Shown here one piece after another: positions 11,067 to 20,984 of a DNA stretch of 26,747 nucleotides (positions are counted from its first letter, which is position 1; each line of letters starts with the position of its first letter). A program made the position numbers and the translations under genes. The stretch spans positions 1 to 26,747 of the forward strand of contig NW_021823587.1 of assembly GCF_006345805.1 (NCBI RefSeq). Direction: 5' to 3'. The notes beneath the pieces are model-generated. The model ran no database searches and was not told where the DNA came from. It was given only the letters and a program-made list of their open reading frames with translations. The stretch is from Octopus sinensis (Eukaryota).

Positions 11067-11184
11067 CACCTTCATGGATATGTTCCGCCAGTCTAACCTG
11101 CATGATATACCTGGAGAAAGAAGGTCGGCGGATCATTAAACATCAAAAGACTTCTCATCATGTTTATAACCATTCTCATTAAGC

Positions 11185-11440
<256 letters not shown>

Positions 11441-11479
11441 TGTTTTTAAGTTTTATTTTTTATTCTTTTCACTGTTTCA

Positions 11480-11667
11480 GTCATTATACTGCGGCCACGC
11501 GGGCACTGCCTTGAAGAATTTTAGCCGAACGAATCGACCCCAGGACATTTTTCTTTTAAGCCTGAAGTTTATCCTATCGGTTTCTTTTAAGCGAACCGCC
11601 GCGTTACGAGGACGTAAACACACCAACAACGGTTGTTAAACTGTAGTGGGAGACACAAAAACACACT
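11480..11667 (-). mobile_element. SINE family B 3' (tail) half
   Basis: gcggccacgcgggcactgccttgaagaatttt..gaatcgacccc..gaaccgcc..gttacg..gacgtaaacacaccaac matches the tail segments at 8085-8230 and 10800-10950. Confidence 0.75.
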
Positions 11668-11699
11668 AATTTATATGTGTATATATATATATATATATA

Positions 11700-11752
11700 G
11701 TAAAATTACATTTAATTCATTAATAGCGAAACAATTGTCCCAAAATAATCTG
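11700..11752 (+). ncRNA. 3' half of the hammerhead only (TAGC-GAAA-CAATTGTC-ccaaaataatctg), lacking CTGAGGA
   Basis: The array starts inside stem II; the GUC site is at 11737-11739. Confidence 0.8.
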
Positions 11753-12190
11753 TATTTTTGTTATTTTTTATTTGCCCTGTCCGTGTGAGCTAACAATCGT
11801 ACTGACTTTCATGGGAAACATGTATTTTTGTGGTTGAAACCTTTTGGATTAACTGGTGCTAGAGTGAGCCATATAGTGACCACTCTCTTATATTATTTTG
11901 TAAAAATATTATAATATATTATAAAATATTATAATAATCCAGGTTTCTCGGAGCACTAGGCCACTTGGTGTAGAATAGATATACTATTAAATTAGTATCT
12001 AATTCTCTCACCCTTATTATTAATTATAATTATGCTGCATTTATTTCTAATGCTGTATTTGTTTTCCGTGAAAATTGGGCGCGCGCTGTTAGTTGGGGCA
12101 TTTGAATTATAACGTCGGATGTAATCAATTGAACCACACGCGTATTTATCGTTATGGTAAAATCTGGCGTGTGATTGAGTGGATTTCATC

Positions 12191-12285
12191 CAGATAGTTT
12201 TGGCTGAGGAGCTACAAGTGGATTTTTTTGTAAGTAAAATTACATTAATTCATTAATAGCGAAACAATTGTCCCAAAATAATCTG
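12191..12285 (+). ncRNA. Type I hammerhead ribozyme, copy 1 (predicted cleavage after GUC at 12272)
   Basis: Stem I cagatagttttgg (12191-12203) pairs with ccaaaataatctg (12273-12285). Core CTGAGGA at 12204-12210; stem II GCTA (12211-14) / TAGC (12257-60); GAAA at 12261-64; stem III A-C-[AATT]-G-T; cleavage triplet GTC at 12270-72. Confidence 0.88.
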
Positions 12286-12725
12286 TATTTTTTGTATTTT
12301 TTATTTGCCCTGTCCGTGTGAGCTAACAATCGTACTACTGACTTTCATGGGAAACATGTATTTTTGTGGTTGAAACTTTTGGATTAACTGGTGCTAGAGT
12401 GAGCCATATAGTGACCACTCTCTTATATTTATTTTGTAAAAATATTATAATATATTATAAAATATTATAATAATCCAGGTTTCCTCGGAGCACTAGGCCA
12501 CTTGGTGTAGAATAGATATACTATTAAATTATCTCTATTCTCTCACCCTTATTAATAATTATAATTAGCTGCAGCATTTATTTCTAAATGCTGTATTTGT
12601 TTTCCGTGAAAATTTGGCGCGCTGTTAGTTGGGGCATTTGAATTATAACGTCGGATGTAATCAATTGAACCACAACGTATTTATCGTTATGGTAAAATCT
12701 GGCGTGTGATTGAGTGGATTTCATC

Positions 12726-12820
12726 CAGATAGTTTTGGCTGAGGAGCTACAAGTGGATTTTTTTGTAAGTAAAATTACATTTAATTCATTAATAGCGAAA
12801 CAATTGTCCCAAAATAATCT
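12726..12820 (+). ncRNA. Type I hammerhead ribozyme, copy 2 (predicted cleavage after GUC at 12808)
   Basis: Same architecture: CTGAGGA 12739-45, GCTA 12746-49 / TAGC 12793-96, GAAA 12797-12800, CAATTGTC 12801-08, stem I 3' arm 12809-12820. Confidence 0.88.
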
Positions 12821-13472
12821 TTTTTTGTTATTTTTTATTTGCCCTGTCCGTGTGAGCTAACAATCGTACTGACTTTCATGGGAAACATGTATTTTTGTGG
12901 TTGAAACCTTTTGGATTAACTGGTGCTAGAGTGAGCCATATAGTGACCACTCTCTTATATTTATTTTGTAAAAATATTATAATATTTATAAAATATTATA
13001 ATAATCCAGGTTTCTCGGAGCACTAGGCCACTTGGTGTAGAATAGATATACTATTAAATTAGTATCTAATTCTCTCACCCTTATTAATTAATTATATATA
13101 TATATATATAATATATATAATATATAATTGTGTGTGTAATATATATATATGTATGTGTATATACACACACACACACACACATATATATATATGGGACAAG
13201 AACGCAAAACATCCAAATAGACGATACAATAACACGGACGGGTCATTAGAAGCCTTTAATTTTTAGTCAAGAACCGGATCATCCTCGCAATTTCGGCTGA
13301 TTAATCTTGAGATTGCTCCAATCTGGCCAGCCCCAAGGAAAAACAAAGCTAAGAGCATTAGATTCCTTGGAAAAAGGATCGAATGTATACAAAACAAGGA
13401 CGGAAAAACAGACGATGTTACACGAATATAAATACAAAAATAATACAAAAAAATAATACGAATATAAATATA

Positions 13473-13627
13473 ACGGGCTTCTTTTTAGTTACGGCCAACA
13501 AAATCCGCTCACAACGCTTTGGCCGGCTTGAGGCTTTAGTAGAAGACACTTGCTCAAGGTTCCACGCAATGGAATTGAACCTAGAACCATGTTATTGGGA
13601 AACAAACTTCTTACCACACAATCACAC
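13473..13627 (-). mobile_element. SINE family B 5' (tRNA-like head) half
   Basis: Minus strand reads tgtgtggtaagaag...ggttcaattcc (B box)...ttgagcaagtgtcttctact...gaagcccgt; matches 8360-8495. Confidence 0.8.
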
Positions 13628-13695
13628 TGATTGATTGATTGATTGATTCTAGTTTCAGCTTATGAGCTGTGGCCATGCTGGGGCACCGCCATTTG

Positions 13696-13750
<55 letters not shown>

Positions 13751-13811
13751 GTAATAGTAGTAGTAGTAGTTAGTAGTAGTAGTAGTAGTAGTATAGTAGT
13801 AGTAGTAGTAA
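13696..13811. repeat. (ATT)n-(AGT)n compound microsatellite
   Basis: Direct reading. Confidence 0.95.
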
Positions 13812-14153
13812 GACTGATGGACTGCAGAATCTCTAGAGAGTATTTGGTTACCCTTAACTTTACGCCACCCTCAAAACACTCATAAAAACGATTTGAAATT
13901 TACAAATTTCTTTCCGAATTATATAATGTTTACATTATGTATTTAATGATATGGCAGATTTGTGAGCGAGTTTAATATGTCCTTCCTAACGAGTGCCAAC
14001 TTTATGTACACTGCATATATGCACCGTCAGCCGTTTGCTAGAGAACTGGTTAAGCTTTTATACGTGATCTGTTGTGTGGTTTTTAACAACGTGTGGGTAG
14101 AGTGCGTACCGGCATCTAAGCAAACATACATGCTACATATATATACAATCATT

Positions 14154-14196
<43 letters not shown>

Positions 14197-14212
14197 TAGA
14201 TAGATAGGTAGG

Positions 14213-14274
<62 letters not shown>

Positions 14275-14304
14275 TAGATAGATAGATAGATTGGTTGATT
14301 GATT

Positions 14305-14352
<48 letters not shown>

Positions 14353-14353
14353 T
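14154..14353. repeat. (GATA)n microsatellite flanking the 3' end of the Tx1-like LINE
   Basis: Direct reading. Confidence 0.97.
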
Positions 14354-14782
14354 GTTTCTTTATTAGCCACACAGGGCTGCACACAGATAGAACAAATTAC
14401 AAGGTAGAGCTTTTCTTTGAAGGTTTAAAAAAAAAAAAAAAAAAATAAAAAATAAAAAAATAAAATTAAAATAAAAAAAAATAAAAAATAAAAAAATAAA
14501 AAAAAAGGGGGGTCGATCAAAAGGGATCGTAAAAGGAGAGAAAGAGGACAAAAAAAAAGGGGGGGTTAAAAAAAAGGGGGAGAGGAAAAAAATTGATCAA
14601 TAGGGATCGTTATCACAGAAATGTCAATATGAAGTGTAAAGGGGAGGACAGGTGAGGTTTACCCGTGGAAAGAAAAGCCTACGGAAAAGACCACGGTAAC
14701 CTCGGTCAATGAAGTCACATGTTAATTTCTTTTTTTTTTTTTTTTTTTGCAAATAAGCAACTCTCTGTATTAATTTTATGGT

Positions 14783-17700
14783 TCATAGAATCATAGTCAA
14801 GGTGGCTTCGTCATTCATACGTGCCATCCTTGCTACATTCACCCATCTTTTTTTAAAACATTCACTAGACAAAACTTGCCTCTCTACTCTCACTTTTTCT
14901 TCAAGTGATACTTGAAGATGTTGATGAGAGATTGACCAGAGAGGAAAGTGTTTGTCTCTAATCCTTTCAGACGCGTCCACCAGATACATTCTTTCGCCAT
15001 AGCCACAAGTATGATAAAAATAGCTCTTCCTTCCCGTTTGAAGGAAGGAGGCGTGACGATATTAACGATAGACTCGGCTGATAAACCGACACGTCCCACA
15101 CGTGACAGCAGTCGTTCGACATAAGCCCACAGGTGGGGAAATTGCTGGACACTGCACGATTGCGTGCAGAGCGGTTTCGTCCTCGCTCTTCCGCATCTCG
15201 GGCAGGTCGGCCCCGTGTTTCTCGAGCCATGCCTATAGAGCTTATCCCGAACGGGTAGCGCTTCTCGGTAGCACCGCCAGGCCAGTGATCTCTGGAAGTT
15301 GTCCATAGGGTCCCGGGCCGAAAGTCGTTTGAAACAGGCGGGTCAGGTATTCCTCGTCGACGCCCAGGTTTGCCCCGAGCTCGTCGTCGTACCTCCCCTC
15401 CACTAATCCCCTATAGAATGCTTTGGTTGTGTTGAAGTCACTCAAGGTCGACCCGGGACGGCAGAGAGTGCTTGAGAGCAACGCGACACTCGCGGTGCAT
15501 TCGCCCTTCTTCGGCCTCTTTTTGATCCACGACTGTAGTTCGGTCATGGAGACGAGTTGCGGGAATGCGTTCTCACAAACAGACACACACATTCACCGTC
15601 CGTACTACATAGAGCCGCAGTCTCAGCGCGTGTCTGCGCATCAACCAACCACGGCATGCCCAGCCCTCCTTTTAAGGGGTGTTGACACCAAATGGATCGC
15701 CTGACCATCGGGACGCATCCTTTCCACAAGAAGCGGAAGAGGATGCGTTCTAGTTTGGTGATGGTAGGGTCGGGACAAGGTACGACGGTCAGGCGGTAGT
15801 AGATGATGGACGCGATGTACGCGTTCACCACCTCCGCCCGACCTTTTAGGGACAGTTTCCTCTCGGCCCATTGCTGGGCGAGAGTGACCACCCTACTCGT
15901 TATCTCGTTCCAGTTCTTCTCCATTTGGAGGTCCGGACCGAACCAGACCCCGAGCAACTCAACCGGGCCGTCTGTCCAGCGTCCCACGACGGAGGTACTG
16001 GTGGACGGCATGGGCTTGCTTCTCCAGGTGCCGAGCCGCAAGCCCACTGACTTTTCCCGGTTGATTTTTGCTCCTGTCACCGCTTCGTAGTCTTTCAGTG
16101 TCTCGCCGACCCGCTCGATGTGCTCGTGGCTTGACACTATGACGGTGACGTCGTCCGCGTATGCAGACACGCTCGTCCCGCATCCTAATTCTCGCGGGAT
16201 GCCCCTCAGAGTCGCCAGCTTCCGCAGTAGTGGCTCAAGAGTCAATACGTATAGAAGCGCCGAGAGGGGGCATCCCTGACGGACCGAACGTGCAATGTCG
16301 AAGGGTCTCGATAGATGTCCATTTACGCGAATTACCGAACGGATGCCTCTGTACAAGGCAGCTATCCAGCCGCGGAAGACGGGACCGAAAAACCAGCCGC
16401 TTTGAGGACAGCCTCTAAGTATCGATGGTCTACCCTATCAAAGGCTTTCGATTGATCCAAGTTGATCAGGGCCCCACCCATGCCAGGTTCGTTAACTACC
16501 CTGTCTATGATGTAGCTCATCAGATGGAGGTTGTCATGGATCCGGCCGGCCCGGCGCGCCACGTTTGTGCGTTGTCGACCAGTTTCTCTCCTGTGACAAG
16601 CGCCAACCTCTTGGCTAACACTTTGTCAAAATTTTCAGGTCTGCATTGAGCAGAGTGATTGGCCTAAAGTTATCTATGTTTCCCTTGTTTGGATCTTCTT
16701 CAGCAGAGTTACAACAGCTCCTCGACTCACAAAACCGGGTATGCTCCCGTTTTGCTGCCAGTTGCAGTATACCGCTGCCAAGATGCCTCCAAACAAGTCT
16801 GGCATACAATAGTAAAATTCGTAGGGTAGACCATCCAAACCGGTGATTTGTCCCTCGAGCATTCTGCCATCGCTTCCCGCACTTCCGCCGCCGTGATGGC
16901 ACCTTCGCAGCACCCTGCCTTTCTGTCGAGAGTCGTGACAGGCTATGTAGGTAGGCACTGAAGTCTACCCTACGTTCTTGCCCTCCACTCGTCCCGAACA
17001 GTCGGGCAAAATGCTGCTGAAAGGCCTCACACATTTTACTTGGCTCGAGCAATTCGCGCCCCTGTTCATCTACCAGTGACCGAATGGTGGCTTTGTTGCC
17101 CTGTTGCGCCTCTGCCACCCGGGCCTCTCTCGCGGCTCCAACACCTTCGTTCCTTAGAGCACGCATCCTAGCTCTGACAGCACATCCTTCGTGTTTGGCG
17201 TTGAAGTGTTGGTCGAGGGCCACCTCGCCGCCAAAACGTCGGATGCGATGCCGCTTCTAATTGCCTCTTCTAGCTTCTTAACAGGCTCACCCTCTACTCT
17301 ATTTCTATCTATGGCTAGTGCTTTGCTGTACCTAATCGCTTCTCGCTTTTACTGCTCTCTTGAGGGCAAACCACCATTTTGTTGTTGATGACGGCTCCCG
17401 TCAAAGCCCTCTTTACTAGTGTGCTAATCCGGTCTCTGAAAACTTGTCTGGACGGGAATGATGCGTTCAGTTTCCAGTACCAGGACCCTGTCTATGTGCC
17501 TTATCTAAGTCTAGCGTACACGTCACCAATTTGTGATCCGTGTAGCTGACTGTGTGGAATTGTGGATATCCTAAGTTATCCTTGTCTACTGTCCTACACA
17601 GTATCCTATCTAGATACGATCTCGACGACCCACTGCGGTTGCTCCATGTCCACGTTGGTGCATTTGGGTGGTCGAGTCGGTACCTGTCAGACAGTTGGAA

Positions 17701-18218
17701 TCGTCTGAGCAGGTCTCTGAGGCATTTGCATCCCCTTCTTTTCTGTTCTGTCTCTACCCACGTAGTCTACATGCGTGTCCAAGGTAGCATTCCAATCCCC
17801 CACTAAGAGTAAAGGACGAGACGTTCCCAAGAATACTTCTAGACGTCGAAAGAAATCCGCCCGACCTGTTAAGGGCGGGTGCGTAGACTGATACGAGTCG
17901 AAAAGCGCACCCATTGCTGCCGTCAACATCCAGAACGATCAGTCTACCCTCCGGGTCTACGAATATCGTCTTGACTTCGAGATCCAGGCTCTTGTGAAAA
18001 AGTACCGCGGTGCCACTACCGCCCATCCTCGGCAGACAGGGAGCGAAATAAATGTTAAACTGTCCGCCAAACATGGACTTTAGGGCCCGTGGCTCGTGGA
18101 GTCTGGTCTCACTTATGGCTATGATTCCCAAATCATGTGACTTGATGTCATTTAGGAGGTATCCTTGTTTCCAAGGAGACCCCAAGCCACGCGCATTCAC
18201 ACAACCAATCTTGACCAT
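14783..18218 (-). pseudogene. Tx1-like ORF2: apurinic-type endonuclease, reverse transcriptase and C-terminal Cys/His motif, broken by many frameshifts
   Basis: APE motifs: MVKIGCVNARGL..., IIAISETR, GRLIVLDV, LVSVYAP, LLLVGDWNATLD, SYLDRILCR. RT motifs: NFRPITLLNADLKIL, LINLDQSKAFDRVDH, VRQGCPLS, SAYADDVTV (YADD at 16162-16151), LLGVWFG. C-terminal: LAWRCYREALPVRDKL...CPRCG. Stop at 14783. Confidence 0.93.
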
Positions 18219-18268
18219 GATTCTATTGGGGTGTGTGCTTTAAAACACACAAATGAAAGTACAGAGAG

Positions 18269-20009
18269 TTACTTACTTGTGTCGAAAGTTTTGGCTTCCT
18301 CGTTCTTTGATGTGTCTTCGAGGAGGTTTCTATATAGTTTTTGGGACAGATTTTCTGGAAACCCCCTACAGCATTGGGAAGAGGGCTTTGAGTTTGTGGT
18401 GTTGTGTTTGTGTGATGTGTAGTATTTTGATGTGTTTGGGTGGTGTAGTGCGTGGATGATTGCTATTTTTAAAGTCATCTTCACAAATGTTTGTGTATCC
18501 TGTGATGTACTCCATTAGTTTGGAGTCTTTTGTGTCTATCGCTGATAGCATTGTTTTTGTGGTGTTGGTGCTTGTTTTGTTGTGTATGGAGTTTTCAGGG
18601 TTCAGGTATCTCCCTGCTTTGGTTGCGATTTCTTGTTTGGTTTTTCTTGATCTTTTTCTTTTTCTTTTACCCCCTGTGGCTATTTGCCATTCTGTCGAAC
18701 TTTCATCGTTAGATGAAAAGTCTGACGAATCAGCAGGGGGCAAGGGTAAAGCGTCTGGGTGTGTTTGTGCGGTTGTAGATATTGTTGTGGTGCGCGGGGA
18801 GGGTGTTGCTGGGGGTTTGTTGTAGTTATTGTCTCTCCTACATCCTTGGTGCTTGTCTTCTTCGTTGTTATTCTTGGTGTTGGAATTGGTTTATTTGTTG
18901 TTGGTGGTGATGATTCTGTTCTTGGCGCTGGTGTTGGTGTTTTTGGTTGGGTTGGCTTGTTCTTTGTTGTTTTTTTTCTGCATTTCCGCATACAGCTTCT
19001 TGACTAGCTGTCTATATTGTGGTGTGGGCAATAATCCTGGCTTTTGTGATTTTTCCTGTGGCTGTTGTTGTTGTTGTAATTTTGCGGCAGATTTGCACTC
19101 CTTTTTGAGGTGTGCCTCACTGCCACATGTATAGCATCATGGCCTTCTGCCCTCGACTACTACGTATAACTTGCGGCCATCCTCAAGATGTACGTGGGTG
19201 GGGATTTTATTTATGTCCTCTTGACTTATGTGGAAGAGGAACTCTATTCTCTTTCCCAGCCAGTCCTTGTTTTCCGAAACACCGATATCTAGGATGTTTA
19301 AGTCCTCCATTTCGGATGTTAAGGCGGATGTAATCCACAGTGTTGTAGTCACTTGGGGGACACCACTGATAATGACTTTCGTCACCTTCTGGCCGAGGTA
19401 ACTCGGTGTCAACGTTAGTTCATCAGAATGAAGGGTTATCGTTGAGAATTTCTTCGCCAACTCTTCATTCTGAAAAACCACCTGTACGTGTGCGAACTTG
19501 TTCGCCCAAGTCACACAATCCTTGTATCCCCAGATGGGGCGTAAGCACTTTTCGACTTTGTCTGTGCTTGCCTTTTCTGGACTTTTTGTTTTTTATTTGT
19601 GATTTTATATACATTTTCTTTTTTTTTTCCTCATTCAGTATGTGCTGAGGTATGTGTAAGAGTATTTTTCCGTTTTGATTTGTAATAAGGTTTCTCTGCA
19701 ATCTTTAATCTGTTGTGTAGTAAACGAAACTTTTGTTACCTTTTCTTTTATCGCCTCGGCGAAGTTTGTTGTTGTTTTGTTATTGTTGTTACTGCCGGTG
19801 GTGTTGGTGTTGATGGCAGGGGTGTGGGTTGTAGGTTTGTGGTTGCTGATTATGCAACTAGCAAGGGGTGGAAAATTGCCTGCGTAATTTAGTCCTGCAT
19901 TAGCGCAAATTTCGTTCGGCATTTCGTTTACTTGTCGTCGTTATTTTTTCAGTTGTTGGTGATGGAGTGAGCAGTGGTTGAAGGGGATTGTTGTTTGTCG
20001 TCGTCGTCG

Positions 20010-20041
<32 letters not shown>

Positions 20042-20396
20042 ATTGTCGTTCTTGGTGACGGCGGTGGTGTTAGTAGTATTAGTAGCATTGACGGCACGGT
20101 CTTTGGTGGCGGTGATGGTGATGTTGGTATTGTTATTGGTGGCGACGTCTTTAGTAGGGATAGCAGTTTTAGTAGCAGATCTGCCATGGTGTTGTTGTCG
20201 GTGTTGGTGGTGGTGGTGGACTCACTGATGGTGTTGACGGTGCTTGGCCTTGCGACTTTTGTTTTGTATTTGTTGCTGTTGTCGATGTTGATGGTGGCGG
20301 AGTTGTCAGGTTCAGCGTAAGGTAACAGAGCATCCTGTTTTTTCTGCCTCTGCGTCACGCTTGACTTCACCTCAGCCTCGGGTGACCAGTGGCCAT
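18269..20396 (-). pseudogene. Tx1-like ORF1 (gag-like nucleic-acid-binding protein) with CCHC zinc knuckle and Thr/Asn/Gln-rich tracts, frameshifted
   Basis: caaaATGGCC start at 20396 (MATGHP(E)AEVKSS... after a one-base correction). RRM-like segment FAHVQVVFQNEELAKKF...KVIISGVP, then VEGRRP*CYTCGSEAHLKKEC (CX2CX4HX4C) at ~19140-19090. Confidence 0.8.
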
Positions 20397-20614
20397 TTTG
20401 GAAATAAAATGGCTAATGAAACCACGAAGGCTATGAGAATTTTTTCTTTTAAATTTGCCCACAAGGGGCAAAATTTTGTGTAGATATTAATCAAGGTTTG
20501 CAGTGGATGTTGTTGCACAACTTTTAAACACAAAATATTTCACAATAAACAATTTTCAACGTACAAAATGACCACTTACGTGGAGCCCATTTGACTAGCG
20601 TCCGTCCATGTCGA

Positions 20615-20625
20615 GAGATAGATAG

Positions 20626-20709
<84 letters not shown>
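20615..20709. repeat. (GATA)n microsatellite flanking the 5' end of the Tx1-like LINE
   Basis: Direct reading; same strand orientation as 14154-14353. Confidence 0.97.
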
Positions 20710-20984
20710 TAAGATCCTGGAATGATAGAAAGAAGCGGTATTTCTAATGCAACATTCGACCCGAGTTTGAGGCTGTCTACATTTACACTCTTGAACTGTA
20801 GTCTTAAGGGAGTTGAAAATTCATCTGGTGTAGAAAGTGAAGGTGTCATATCGCTAAAGACTAACGTATGGGTCCCACGAAGATACACACATACACATAT
20901 ATATGGTATCCTTCTATCTAAATATATATCGATAGCTGCCTCTTTACAGCGTCACTTCCGTTGGGTAGTTAGGATTGACTTTCA

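Larger units (their letters stand above)
11700..13090 (+). mobile_element. Tandem array (about 2.6 copies) of a ~535-bp non-coding unit carrying a type I hammerhead ribozyme; retrozyme / Penelope-pLTR-like element
   Basis: gtaaaattaca recurs at 11700, 12234 and 12769; the units are nearly identical and differ mostly by small indels. Hammerhead cores span the junctions. Both ends abut (TA)n. No meaningful ORF. Confidence 0.85.
14354..20614 (-). mobile_element. Apparently full-length Tx1/L1-group non-LTR retrotransposon (about 6.26 kb)
   Basis: 5' UTR ~20614-20397, ORF1, ORF2 (APE-RT-Cys) and a T-rich 3' UTR. AATAAA at 14364-14359 is followed by 5-6 nt and then (TATC)n, with no poly(A). The 5' end also abuts (TATC)n. 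Confidence 0.9.

Noticed and set aside
11700-13090. Helitron, plain satellite or CRISPR interpretation of the 535-bp array
   Set aside because: There is no repeat-spacer structure and no Helitron-type termini at the array ends. The complete hammerhead fold explains the unit better.
14729-14748. Poly-T run as the LINE poly(A) tail
   Set aside because: UTR-like sequence continues to an AATAAA at 14364-14359 and the (GATA)n boundary, so the run is internal to the 3' UTR. The exact 3' end needs other copies to confirm.
15423-16846. Plus-strand ORFs overlapping the Tx1 element, and similar ones at 17191-20320
   Set aside because: They are antisense shadow frames of ORF1 and ORF2.
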